A stretch of 59,253 bases of DNA, the filler included, from Circinaria calcarea (taxonomy: Eukaryota): NCBI GenBank assembly GCA_051942165.1. It is 9 parts of 9 records of this genome, joined end to end, with 100 filler letters (N's around TTAATTAATTAA, not from the genome) between each part and the next. Parts side by side here need not be neighbours in the genome. Positions count along the whole stretch, not along the records: positions 19,833 to 26,333 come from JAVECS010001568.1; positions 26,434 to 32,923 come from JAVECS010001569.1; positions 33,024 to 39,509 come from JAVECS010001570.1; 6 more parts are not named here. The stretch is one strand, 5' to 3'. Under the pieces are notes generated by a model that saw only the letters and a list, made by a program, of their open reading frames with translations, did not search any database and was not told the DNA's origin. A program made the position numbers and the translations under genes. Shown here one piece after another: positions 24,210 through 36,137 of the stretch. The stretch's first letter is position 1; each line of letters opens with the position of its first letter.

Positions 24210-25661
24210 ATGTTTCGTGTCACTCGCTTCCGGCTAAGCGCTCTCTCTCTTCCAGCCGCATTTCTCAGCGGTGTCGCCATCGTTGTGCTCTTGATTGTTT
24301 ACGGCACCCGCAGCGATTACGATGAGCTACATCCATTCATCGGAGAACTCCTACCCGCTGGCCACTGTTTATGCCACTCGAGTGCCAGTTTCGAATGTAC
24401 TACCTGTCTTGATCAAGTCAATAGCGTGCCTAGTTCGGTTCCTGACGGTAACTGGGACTTCCTGTACGGACGAGACGACGGCAACGAGGGACTGGACGAA
24501 ACTCGGTGCAAGCATGCTTTCCCGGGTCTCTTTGAGGATATTGACAGGGCGGCCAAGGCCCGTAAAGGCAGAAAGATTGAGAAAAAGGAACTGGATGCCA
24601 TGAAGATGTACAAAGGAATGGTCCGGGCAATGATATACGCAGGGGAGTTGTATGTTATCGAAGTCCTCTGCATGGGCGAAGACCACCGAAAGAAGGTGGT
24701 CTCCGTTCTTTCGTCAATCTTCCGTGCTATGACTGCTATACCTTCTCGCAAAGTCATTCCTGACATCGAGTTCTTCTTCACGATCGAGGACATGGCAGAC
24801 GATCCCAGCGTTCCGCTGTGGGTACTTACCCGGCGAATGCAGGACGAAAAGGTCTGGTTGATGCCTGACTTTGGGTTCTGGAGCTGGAACATTGAAGGCA
24901 TAGGTCCGTATAGCCAAGTGGTGTCTGAAATCGCTGCAAGAGATGCAGACCCGGATGAAAGATGGTCAAAGAAGATTCCAAAACTCGTCTGGCGCGGAAA
25001 ACCATCGTTCAACTTTAAGCTACGACGGGCCTTGCTTGACGCAGCAAGAGGCAAATCTTGGAGCGATGTACGGTCGATACAATGGAAGAGTGAGGCGAGT
25101 ATGCGGGATGACTTTATCAGCTCGGTGGATCAGTGCGATTACATGTTTCTGGCGCATACCGAAGGCCGGAGTTATTCCGCCGCACTGAAATACCGGCAAG
25201 CTTGCCGTAGCGTCGTGGTTGTGCATAAGATGCAATGGATCCAGCATCATCATTACCTGATGGTGGCCAATGGTACGCAGCAGAATTTCGTCGAGGTCGA
25301 GCGGGACTTTTCGAACTTGGAGTCCACGATTGAACATTTACTCCAACATCCGGATCAAGCCAGACGGATTGCAGACAACAACGTCAAGACCTTCCGGGAG
25401 CGCTACCTTACCCCGGCAGCAGAAGCTTGCTATTGGCGAGCGCTGATCAATGGATGGGGACAAGTCTCCTTTGAGCCGGAACTGTACGAAAAGGAGGGAT
25501 CAAGTGGACGCTCACGGTTCCGGGGGCTCAGAGTGGAAAGCTTCATGTACGTTTCCAAAGCTAACGACATCCTTGCCAAACTAATTGATTTCATTAGTCT
25601 ACTACCCAGCTCAGAGCAGCTGAAATTCCGTGCCCGAGATAGTAAACTACTCGGGAGTTGA
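24210..25661 (+). CDS. Glycosyltransferase family 90 (CAP10/DUF821, POGLUT-like), type II membrane protein
   Basis: N-terminal TM; C..AFPGLFEDI, WLMPDFGFWSW, KLVWRG, HTEGRSYSAALKY, FRERYLTPAAEACYWR. In-frame 51-nt intron at 25547-25597. Confidence 0.9.
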   Translation: MFRVTRFRLSALSLPAAFLSGVAIVVLLIVYGTRSDYDELHPFIGELLPAGHCLCHSSASFECTTCLDQVNSVPSSVPDGNWDFLYGRDDGNEGLDETRCKHAFPGLFEDIDRAAKARKGRKIEKKELDAMKMYKGMVRAMIYAGELYVIEVLCMGEDHRKKVVSVLSSIFRAMTAIPSRKVIPDIEFFFTIEDMADDPSVPLWVLTRRMQDEKVWLMPDFGFWSWNIEGIGPYSQVVSEIAARDADPDERWSKKIPKLVWRGKPSFNFKLRRALLDAARGKSWSDVRSIQWKSEASMRDDFISSVDQCDYMFLAHTEGRSYSAALKYRQACRSVVVVHKMQWIQHHHYLMVANGTQQNFVEVERDFSNLESTIEHLLQHPDQARRIADNNVKTFRERYLTPAAEACYWRALINGWGQVSFEPELYEKEGSSGRSRFRGLRVESFMYVSKANDILAKLIDFISLLPSSEQLKFRARDSKLLGS

Positions 25662-26333
25662 GAGAGCAGTGAACAATGTCCATTGGATACATGATTATAC
25701 CAGGTTGTTGCGTGTATGTGAGGAGCTATATGAAGAAATCAGCGGCCAAACCCACCGGTAGGCAATTTATCACTATTCCACCCCGCGGGCATCGTGTTTG
25801 CCTCTATTAGAGGCACCTGTGCCCTTTAGCCATATTTGGGACTCGGCCACCATCCAGTTAGATTTGAGTCATTCCCGAATCAACTTCAATGACAAAGTCC
25901 CCACGAAATTCCCCCACAAAATTCGGCTCAACACTTTTTACCGGTTTCCACTGTGTGTTTGGAACCAAGTCCGTTGTCCTTTATACAATACGAAATAAGG
26001 GTTATTCGACCCTTCAGGTAACTAAAAATCGTTGTATTTGGAAATCTAGAGGTCCCCAAAGGGGTGTTTGACCTTCTCCTTCACCAGCGCCAGTTCTGAT
26101 AGAATAGATGTATATATATACCGATTCTTGATTACAAGCAAAGCATTGCGTTGAAAACTGGAAAATTGTACAAACCCCCCCCTTCGGCTCAGAAACAAAC
26201 ATTATTAATCATCGGTGTGTATGTGTGTGTCTATCTATTGCAAAGTCTCTCTTCATCATGAAAATTAATTGAATTTCCTCCCCTTTGCGTGCCGAGATAA
26301 CGCGGAAATTTACACAAGTTTTCCATCTCCCTC

Positions 26334-26433
26334 NNNNNNNNNNNNNNNNNNNNNNNNNNNNNNNNNNNNNNNNNNNNTTAATTAATTAANNNNNNNNNNN
26401 NNNNNNNNNNNNNNNNNNNNNNNNNNNNNNNNN
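26334..26433. other. Artificial contig spacer
   Basis: N44-TTAATTAATTAA-N44. Confidence 0.99.
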
Positions 26434-26547
26434 TACAAGTCTTGGGAGGGTGAGCAGATGGGGATAGGGTGAGGGGCAGTGGGTTCGGAGGAGGGTTGCG
26501 GGGATTTGGTTCTAGGGACTTGGTGAGAGTGCGGCGTCCTACTGAGG

Positions 26548-26604
26548 AATGGGAGATGGGAGATATGAGGTGGCAGGTGGGAGATGGGAGATGGGAGATG
26601 GAGG
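26548..26604 (+). repeat. Degenerate (ATGGGAG)n heptamer microsatellite
   Basis: atgggagatgggagatatgaggtggcaggtgggagatgggagatgggagatggag. Confidence 0.7.
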
Positions 26605-26943
26605 ATTAGGCATGGTGTTGTGAAGATAGGGGGTTGTGGATGGGATTTAAGGTTATGAAGGAGATTGAGGACTGTGAATGCGATCGGGGATTGCGAATGC
26701 GACTCAGGATTGAGAAAGCGGGTGGAGATTGTTAATAGGAGTGGAGGCTGTGCGTGTCATGCGCAAGGGATCCTAATTACGTGTCTACCGGGTTTACTTC
26801 TACAGGCTCACTCACAAGGTCCCAACTCACTAGATCATTTAGGGAGAATGTGGAATAGCATCGACTAGAAGCCTGGGTATCAAATTTCCTAGACTAGAAC
26901 TGCTTCGCTAACTATCCAGACCATGATTAACCAATCCAAACAC

Positions 26944-27945
26944 CTAGTAGCCCATCGGAGCCCCGAATTGCTGCTTCAACGCCATTATCTGCTGCCGTTC
27001 CGCCGGCGGTAGTCTATCCACCTCTGATTGTGGCATGGCGAGTACCTGCTTGAGCAACTCCTCCTGGCTGGGTGGTTGTGGGGGAGGTGCCTGGACGGGT
27101 GGTGGTTGGTAAGGCTGTTGGTAGATAGGTGGTGTCGCCACATGCGTCTGACCTTGAAGTTGCGGATACGGCTGGAATGATTGGGGTGGAGGGGGTTGAT
27201 ATAGTTGTGGAGGTGGTGGGGGTTGGTATGTAGTGATTGTTCGTGGTGGGGGAGCTTGCACCGGTTGCGGCGGTGGTTGCGAGGCTTGCTCGACGACTGA
27301 GGCGAGGACGGAGGTATCAACGAGACCCATAAGGAGCAGAGCTTGGAAGATGGCGTAGGATAATTGTGGTGCCTGCTTCAGGAGTTCGGTGGCTTTGTTA
27401 GGGTCCCCCATCACAAGGTTTTTCATTTGAGAGAGGATGTCGAGGAGTTGAGGTACTGGGAGAGTTGAGAGGGTCTTTGATATGGCATCGGGACAGGTAA
27501 GACCTGGGGGGACATCGGCACCTGGGGGCAGTGGTGGCAGACCATTGGACGTGGCGGGGGGTGGAGCGTATCCGTTTGAAGGTTGTGGAGGTTGAGGTTG
27601 ATATCCAGCAGGTGCTGCATCGTCTTTACCTCCCACATGGGAGAAATCCACTCTCAGTTCCCGACCCATGATCTGGTGTTTGTCCAGGTTCCGTACCGCA
27701 GATGCAGCTGCGTCTGTGTCGGCGAATTCTGCAAATCCAAACCCCTTGGGCCTCCCTGTATCACTGTCGTAGACTAATCGAAAGCTGAGAACCTGGCCGG
27801 CGGTACTAAAAATATGTATGATTTGTTCCTCGGTCAGGCCTGGGAGAGAGTTTAGTCTTGCCCTGGTTGTGTTGGAGAATATAGGGAGCTTACCGTATGG
27901 AATATTGCCAATGAACACTACCCTGCCAGGCTTATCGGAAGACAT
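26944..27945 (-). CDS. RNA15: Cleavage stimulation factor CstF-64/Rna15 (RRM, hinge, C-terminal domain)
   Basis: RRM VVFIGNIPYG|LTEEQI..KGFGFAEF; hinge APQLSYAIFQALLLM; CTD QVLAMPQSEVDRLPPAERQQIMALK. In-frame 54-nt intron near 27842-27895. Confidence 0.93.
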   Translation of the reverse strand: MSSDKPGRVVFIGNIPYGKLPIFSNTTRARLNSLPGLTEEQIIHIFSTAGQVLSFRLVYDSDTGRPKGFGFAEFADTDAAASAVRNLDKHQIMGRELRVDFSHVGGKDDAAPAGYQPQPPQPSNGYAPPPATSNGLPPLPPGADVPPGLTCPDAISKTLSTLPVPQLLDILSQMKNLVMGDPNKATELLKQAPQLSYAIFQALLLMGLVDTSVLASVVEQASQPPPQPVQAPPPRTITTYQPPPPPQLYQPPPPQSFQPYPQLQGQTHVATPPIYQQPYQPPPVQAPPPQPPSQEELLKQVLAMPQSEVDRLPPAERQQIMALKQQFGAPMGY

Positions 27946-28283
27946 TGTGTTGATTGAGCTCACTGGGGAAAAGAAAAGTATTGAAATGAAATCACGTGCT
28001 TCCTCTGAGATGCGGACCTCCTACTACTAGAAATTTATATGCTTTCGTAGCGCTCCTGCGCATTTCACATTGAAGGTCTCCTGCGAGCTTCATTATTCAA
28101 CATTTGCGGAATGCCATATTTATGTTTTTTGGCCACCGTACAAATCGAAATGAGCTAGAGATGACCTCCAGAAATTCGTTTGGCGGAGCTTCAACAACAC
28201 AGTCGCAATTCTTTCACTGATTAGTCAACTGAGCTCCTTGTGATAGCTTTTATCACCTTCTCGAAACCTTTGAGTTTGTCGAT

Positions 28284-29377
28284 ATGTCACAGGATCCGAA
28301 GGAGGCCTGGAGGAGGCTACAGCAAACTCTTGCCTCCGCGCAGCAACAAGGACGCAGAGGTCTAGGAGGTAATCCAAGGGGAGCTATTGGTGGAGCTGCT
28401 GGTCTCCTGCTACTCTTTGGCGGAGCTGTCGTAGTTAACAATGCCCTCTTCAACGGTATAAAAAAAAAGCTATTTACCACGACTGCTTCTATGCTAACGT
28501 TGCCCTAGTCGATGGTGGTCACCGAGCTATCAAGTATACTAGAATAGGTGGTGTGCAGAAAGACATCTACAACGAAGGTAGGATGATAGGCAGCACTTGC
28601 ATGCTGGCAGGGTATGCTGATCCACACCAGGAACTCATTTCAAGATCCCTTGGTTCGAAACACCCATCACCTACGATGTACGAGCCAAACCTCGCAATGT
28701 AGCCTCCCTTACCGGCACGAAAGATCTCCAAATGGTCAACATCACCTGCCGTGTTCTCTCCCGTCCACGTGTCGATGCTCTACCTCAAATATACCGTACC
28801 CTGGGGACCGATTACGATGAGCGGGTCTTACCCTCGATCGTCAACGAGGTTCTTAAAAGCGTAGTCGCCCAGTTCAATGCGAGTCAGTTGATCACGCAAC
28901 GAGAGAACGTTGCTAGACTAGTACGAGAAAACCTTGCGCGAAGAGCCTCAAGATTCAACATTATGCTAGACGACGTCTCCCTAACCGTAAGCCCCCTTGA
29001 TTACCCTAGTTTCTCCATTTCTAGGCTTCCTACTAATACACCATCTACAGCACCTCGCCTTCTCCCCTGAGTTTACCGCCGCAGTCGAAGCCAAGCAAGT
29101 CGCCCAACAAGAAGCCCAACGGGCCGCCTTCGTAGTCGATAAAGCCCGCCAGGAAAAGCAAGCCACAGTGGTACGCGCCCAAGGTGAGGCACGCTCAGCC
29201 GAGCTCATTGGTGACGCTATTAAGAAATCGAGGAGTTATGTTGACCTAAGGCGGATTGAGAACGCTAGAAATATTGCGACGATTCTGCAGGAGGCGGGTG
29301 GGAAAAACAAATTGTATCTGGATGCCAACGGGCTGGGGTTGAATGTTAGCGAGGCGTATGAGGAGAAGAAGAATTGA
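28284..29377 (+). CDS. PHB2: Prohibitin 2 (SPFH domain), 4 exons
   Basis: [71 protein letters not shown]. Confidence 0.96.
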
Positions 29378-30775
29378 AGCGGCGCTGCGTGTATCAATAT
29401 CGCGAACTGTCAAGTAAGTAGCATCAAAATATACGGACACTCTCCACCACGTTGACGAGAGTCTTGGGGTATATGGGCCTCGCATCTGAAATGTATTAAT
29501 TCAACCCACAAAATGACGATAGAGTTCAGGAGTGTAACTACAGATACCTAGCCTCCTTTTCTAAACTAATAAATTGATGGTCATACCATGCAGAGGCCTT
29601 CCCTTCACAATCACGTAACATGATTATCTTGGTTCATGAAGTTAATGACCTAAAGAGACTAGGATTTCAGAAGTCTGATTCACGGACTGCTGTATTGGCT
29701 GTCACTAACTAGGATATGGTCAAGGCCAAGGTACTGATCCCAAACGTCCAGCGGACAGGTCGGCTTTGCGACGGGGAGCAAGCGAGATACCGAAGAGATA
29801 GCCGAAGTACCTTTTAAGATTCAACTATATGGCCGGTCGAGTTGAACATTTCCGTGCATCGAACCTGGGAAAAGGGGCATGCGAGAAGTGGTCTGGCAAA
29901 AGCAGTCGGGACGGTTCACTCAAACGTCAGCCAGAAATGTGGAAGCGGGTGAGGGATAATTGAAAGGCTTATTCATAGGAAACAAGATAAAGTGAATACC
30001 CCGTACAGAGGACCGTTACTCCAAATAGTGCTCAGATTCTTACCATGTCCCCCAAGTCCTTTCGGTCCGGAGTACCACACGCCGAGCTTGCCGCTCGGGG
30101 AGCCCAATGCTAAAACCTACTAGCCCGGCCCACCTGCCGATATCTAGAATGGCGGCCCCGTGAATCCGGGGTTTCGGTTAATCTACCCCACAATTTCGAA
30201 CATCATCGCTTTGCTGTTGGAAACAAGCCTACCGTTTTCACTGGATTCCTGCCGAGAGCTAAGCTGAGTTGGGGATGTGTAAAAAGCTGCATGTGGTCAA
30301 AAGAGGCAACCTCGAGACGATTGGTGGGACAAGATGCTTCTCTGGTTCCTATCTACTGTGCTCCGTACCCCTCCTGCTTGGCCCGAGGGACTTCCAGATA
30401 TGGTGCATGGCCGTGGTCCGATGGGCACGCACAGCATCGACATCTACTGCAGGGGGTTCCGGTTGGTTCGCATACAACCTCTTCAGATGATTACTCCGTA
30501 GCGGAACTAACCTTCGGAGGTCTTTGTCTGAGATAGAGAGAGTACAGTACTGGAATCTTAGGGGCATAATGTCAGCATAGTCCGCACTGCTGGGATTCGA
30601 GGAACATGGAAAGAAACTCCCCTAGCCATTCTTGTTATTTGATATCCAACATCCTCCGAATCGCTATTCAAGTCATCTCCCTCAAAGGCGGTAGGCTCTA
30701 ATAGCACAGTTTCTCGGCGCTCAAAGACGTTGACGCTAGTATACACCTGCGAGGCTGTCTACTACATCGGCTACC

Positions 30776-32663
30776 ATGTCAGGCGTGGACAAAGATCATG
30801 GGGTGCAAGTCGAGAATCGGGATGTTCAGGCATACTCCGCCTCTACCTGCCCACAGCAACATTACAACGAGAAGTCTGTGGCCGAGGTCAAGGTTATCAA
30901 GGGTAACGAGGCCTTCAATGAGGCGATGATCAAGGAGCCTCCACGCCCTTTCAGCTTGCCTGCTATTACCCTATATCTGGCATGCCTTGTCGGTTTCCTA
31001 TGCTCGACCATGAATGGCTACGACGGCTCCCTCTTGAATGGTCTCCTTCAGAACCCTCAGTTCAAGCAATTCTTCAATGTGCAGAATGCTGGTATTGGGG
31101 CTGGTCTGGTCTCTGCAATGTACCAGATTGGCGGTGTCGTTGCTATCCCTTTTATTGGACCGGCTGTCGATAGGTATGGTCGAAAGACTGGCCTCTTCAT
31201 TGGAAGTCTGATCATTGTACTGGGAACGATTATTCAGGGCACAACCAGTCGCACTCAAAGTGTCGGTCAGTTCATGGGGGGACGCTTTTTCCTCGGTTTC
31301 GGTGTCGGGATCGCCGCTTCAGCTGGTCCGGTGTATGTTGTCGAAGTATCTCACCCAGCTCACCGCGGGGTTGTGACGGCTCTCTATAACACATTCTGGT
31401 GGGTTCTTGCATCTCAGCCGTTTGGCTCATAAAGTAACCTGACGCATATTTTCAGGTTCACGGGATCTATCCTTTCCAGTGGCACTGTCCGCGGAGCTCT
31501 CAATCTCAACGGAAACACGACATGGCTGATTCCTACCTACTTGCAGTTACTGTGTTCGGGAATTATTCTTTTATTTGTAGTCTTCTTACCTGAATCGCCC
31601 CGGTGGCTATTTGTAAACAACAAAGTTTCGAAGGCCAAAGCAATGCTCACCAAGTACCACGGAAATGGCAACCCCGATAGTGTTTGGGTCCAACTACAGC
31701 TCTCAGAATACAATGAACATTTGGAGTTGGATGGTGCGGATAAACGTTGGTGGGACTACAGAGCGCTTTTCCGCAATTCGGCTTCCATGTATCGGCTAGG
31801 CTGTAACGTTGCCGTATCAGTCTATGGCCAATGGGCTGGTAACGGTAAGCTTACCTGTTTCTGGATAACGTTATCCGTGCTGACATAGGTTTCCCCACGT
31901 GTAGCAGTTATTTCATATTTCTTAAGCGCCGTGCTCGATACGGCTGGCATCAAGGATCCCATCGACCAAACCAACATCAACTTAGGGCTGAATTGCTTGC
32001 AATTTGCTCTCGCTGTTTTGGGTGCGAGTTTGGTGGATCGCGTTGGTCGTCGTCCTCTCCTTTTATTCACTAACGCGGGTTGTGCAATTGTTTGGCTTGG
32101 TATCACTATAACTACATCTACATATGCCAGTAGTCGATCAGCGGCTTCTGCTAAGGCCACTGTCGGGTTAATCTACGTTTTCGGTATGGTGTTCTCGATT
32201 GGTTTCACACCACTTCAGGCTCTCTATCCTGTCGAAGTACTCTCGTTTGAGATGCGTGCAAAGGGAATGGCTTTTTCGAATCTCGCGGTCAATGCCGGTA
32301 TGTACTTTTTGTATTTACTCGAAGGATGAAACGCTGATACAGTCACAGCTGGGCTTCTCAACCAGTTCGCCTGGCCTGTTGCACTTCAGAAGATTGGCTG
32401 GAGGACATATATCTGCTTTATTATCTGGTGTGCTTTTCAAACAATCACCATCTACTTCTTCATCCCTGAGACCAAGAACCGAACTGTAAGTCTCCTTTCC
32501 CTGTAATCTCACTATGCGAGGCTAAATCTCACCACCATAGCTTGAGGAACTAGATGAGATCTTCACGGCCAAAAACCCTACCAAGCGCTCCCTCGAGAAG
32601 AAGAAGGTCGGCCTAGACGCCAATCAGAATGTCGTCGTGCTTGAGACGATTGATAAGGCTTGA
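30776..32663 (+). CDS. MFS sugar porter, lactose permease/cellodextrin transporter subfamily, 5 exons
   Basis: NGYDGSL, DRYGRK, PESPRWL, GADKRWWDYRALF, GQWAGN, DRVGRRP, YPVEVLSFEMRAKG, PETKNRT|LEELD. TGA at 32661-32663. Confidence 0.92.
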
Positions 32664-32923
32664 TGACGTGTTAGTTTCGCATATTTATACGTTTCTTATC
32701 TCTCTTTCGATGTAATGGAAATATCAATCTACATATCATCTCAGACTTTTGGGACATTTGATATATTTTGGTATTCTCTATCCGACATCCAACAAATCAT
32801 ACCACCTGACCGACTAGATAAGAAATAGATGCAACTGGAAGTCACGGAGACGTTGAAAACTTCTCGTTCACTTGAAATATCTCTACCTTGCTTCCACCAT
32901 CTTTCCCCTCCCCTCCCCTTCCT

Positions 32924-33023
32924 NNNNNNNNNNNNNNNNNNNNNNNNNNNNNNNNNNNNNNNNNNNNTTAATTAATTAANNNNNNNNNNNNNNNNNNNNN
33001 NNNNNNNNNNNNNNNNNNNNNNN
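32924..33023. other. Artificial contig spacer
   Basis: N44-TTAATTAATTAA-N44. Confidence 0.99.
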
Positions 33024-33860
33024 CAGTGGAACATGAATAGGCAACCGCGGTCCTTGTCGCTCCGATAACCACAGATCTTATGACCGGATCTGGGTTCACA
33101 GCAAGATATTGTGCCGTTACAGTCTCAACATCAGTCAGCAGTGTATCCCAGCAGCGGTAGGTTATCAACTTACAGCAACACTGCTAGTCACAACCCTTAT
33201 CAGGGTCGCCGTTCTGGTAGCCCCTGCAGCAATCAAGCAACTACATGCGCTCGAGATCTGTGAAGCCTGGTATGCCGACAGGTACTCTAGGCGCACATTC
33301 TCTCGCGCTATGCGTCCGCCTCCGCGTCCTAGAGGCGTCGTCGGGCTCGGCACCGCCAGGCTGGATATCGGGGTTCCGTTTGTGCAGGCTACAGGGGATG
33401 TAGTCCTTACAAGGAAGTCTTTGAAAGCAGTGAATATCCTTTGCACCATCACCATCAGACGGAGTCGTCAAACATATGTCAGTCGGAAACGTACAGAGTA
33501 GGCTGCGAGCTGACCGTCTCCATCACTGTCACGCTCCCTATATACGCTGTGGACGTCTTTGCCTCATCAGCATCACACACGTCTCCCGCAAACAAAATTC
33601 TTAGGGAAGGGGAAAATGCATACATCCTGCTCCGTAACAGTCACATTCAGCGCCGGCAGGAACTCCTTGCAAAAGGACGCCGCAGCGCTCTGGTCGCCGC
33701 GCATGGCATTTAGGATCTCCTCGTTCACGCATTCGGCCGCGCGCTTTTCCTGGCTCAAGACCCTGGCCTTGGCCGCCGGGGGGACATGGAGACACGTTGT
33801 AAGGCTGGGTAGCAGGGACACGAGGCAGAGCGCCCCGATCGCCAAGCGCGTCAGTGCCAT
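33024..33860 (-). CDS. Secreted Thr-rich cell-surface/adhesin-like protein, multi-exon, 3' truncated
   Basis: Signal peptide MALTRLAIGALCLVSLLPSLTTC, Kex2-like EKR, C..ASFC motif, YQASQISSACSCL motif and T-rich stretches. Internal exon boundaries are uncertain. Confidence 0.65.
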
Positions 33861-35053
33861 CTTCAGATGAAATGAGATGAGATGTGGCTGGGTCTGGTCT
33901 TGATCCCTCGAACGAATCTGCACCTCTTCGTCTTATTCTCGCTCCTAGTGAACGTTCTAGCCTTTGAAACCCGAATTCTTCCAGTGGTATGGGTGGGTTG
34001 GGGAGGAAAGTAAGGATCTGGAATGCTGGGCCCAGAAGAACGGGGGGAGTACGGGGCCCTATATGTAAAAAAGAGGCCCTACGGCACAGCAGTCATAGGT
34101 GTGGAATGTTCAGCTGGACAAAACAGGCAGATCGATCGGTTCATTTCATAGGACGCGGATCGGCAAAGCCACGAGTATCCTCTATCCTGGCTCTCTTTAT
34201 TTATGTTTCTGCCCGTTCCGCTGTTCGGACGCATGGCATGTGGCACTGACGCCACAGTGCGTGCCGATCCATTCCTGAGGATCGCGGGAGCGCGTGCTTG
34301 TGCACGAGAGTGGGCGAATGAGAGATTGTATACAGATTAGATGCCGAGTTTTCCGCGTTCCTGCTCTGTAGATGGAATAGGGAAATGACACATGGGAAAA
34401 CTTCACACTTTTCTCATTCTACGTACTGTGGGTAGAAAATATATCCGTTTTGCCACCACGTACCCATGACTGCATAGGATGTATGCTCATTCTCTATTGT
34501 TATGTCTCCTCTCGTTAATATGGCTCTGTGGATCGACATCGTCTTTGGAGGTGTTACTACGTTGCGTTGGGTGAAGTAATCGGAATACAGTGTTGCCTGT
34601 TTTTGTAGACATAATCAACTGTATCATGAATCAAGTGGGATGCTTGTGGAGTCGATTGAGTGAAAAGTCTACTGCCACCTCTGCCTAGGCTTTCAGACTA
34701 CGCTCGACAGCGATAATGGTCACTATCTTATATCAATTTGATTAAACGTTTTTTTATTAGGTTTGGACTTATGCACCAACGGCCTATTATCTTGGCCATA
34801 CTCAGTGCTAAGACCTCAACATGCATTGTAACGGAGCCTGAGGAGTGCTCCGTAGTCTGTTTGAGCTTGTCCCTTCTTTTCGTCGAGTAGAGAAAGCTAA
34901 AAAGACTCGCCCTTCCACCAAACAAATGAGGAATGATGTACTTCCATAGAATAGTATTTGCTGAAGTAAAAATTCTGCTCGGCCTACTGGCTTTGCCATC
35001 TAGACAAGCATAACAAAGTGTAGAATTGTGAACACTGCCCTAAAACATTAGCA

Positions 35054-35115
35054 TTTACACACCTCAACTTTTATTAGTTGTTTACACACCTCAACTTTTA
35101 TTAGTTGTTTACACA
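35054..35115 (+). repeat. Perfect 27-bp tandem duplication (2.3 copies)
   Basis: TTTACACACCTCAACTTTTATTAGTTG twice, followed by TTTACACA. Confidence 0.95.
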
Positions 35116-35127
35116 AACATCCTCTGA

Positions 35128-35690
35128 ACCACGACGCACAACAGATTCATCCATAAAGCACTATGGATTAACATCCGGCAAGCCGTGCAAGTAAACAAGA
35201 TCGGTTCCCTGGAAAACACCCTCGGTTTCCCTCGCACTGTCATTCTCATAAATCCAAAAAGATCGCTTTCAGCCACGCTTGATGATGAATGTATTCACAT
35301 TGTTCTGGAAATTTTCAAAAAGCATCAACAAAACATTTAGAAAAGTCAAGACTCAATATCGTTGCGGTTACCATTTCCAGCCTACAAGGAATTATGGGAG
35401 CAATTGGGGGCCAATGTTCCCCTCCGAAAAGAGTCGGTTTCATCATCTGAGGGAGACGAAGAAGAGCTTATCCCGGAGGACAAGTCGAGTGACGAGTGGA
35501 GCGAAGTACTCGAAGATGTAAAATAAGAGATGAATGATCCTGATTACGCCATTTCCTCAACATACTCGTTGTGAGCGAGCTGCATGAAGTCCGCAACATG
35601 GTGGTCAATCAAAGAAGAAACGAAATATATAAACTTTGGTCTGTTAAAAGGGAAAGCGCTCAGGCACTCAAACCATGCAACAACCCCACA
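35128..35690 (+). pseudogene. Possible decayed gene fragment
   Basis: One long protein-like frame (..ALWINIRQAVQ..CIHIVLEIFKKHQQNI*KSQ..YKELWEQLG..EGDEEELIPED..DVK*EMNDPDY..) broken by a TAG and a TAA, with no start codon. Confidence 0.3.
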
Positions 35691-36137
35691 ACCGGCCCTT
35701 CCCCTCTCCCTCCCTTCCCAGAGTAGATAATTTCTAGTCGTAGTTGAGAGTAAACAGCTGTAGCAGAGAGCAGATAGTTCTGATTAAGTGCAATCCTACC
35801 AACATACCCAAACCCTCAACGCGGTTTCCATTCTCCTACGTTAGGACTGGGTTGACTATTGTGGGAACGTCTAAAGATGACGTAGACTGCCTATAATAAT
35901 TTTGACAAACGCTCGGACTCCCGTGAATTGGCGTGTTGGCATATATCTCTCATCCTGGATTGTTATAATTTTACCAGTTGATCTTGGCTTGAAGAACAGA
36001 CTGTCTACTTGGAATTACTTATTGTACACGCCTGAAAACATATCACTCACCGCTTCGGTCATTCAGTATCAACCTCACCAAATTGGATCTGGTACGGGTT
36101 TGGTCCTAGCCGGTATCCATCAACTAGATAAATAGCC

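Noticed and set aside
25790..26333. Short ORFs at the end of contig 4
   Set aside because: Same homopolymer-rich contig-end character, with no motifs.
30407..30482. tRNA-like words (TGGTCCGATGG ... GGTTCGCATAC)
   Set aside because: No acceptor-stem pairing, and the T-arm geometry is wrong.
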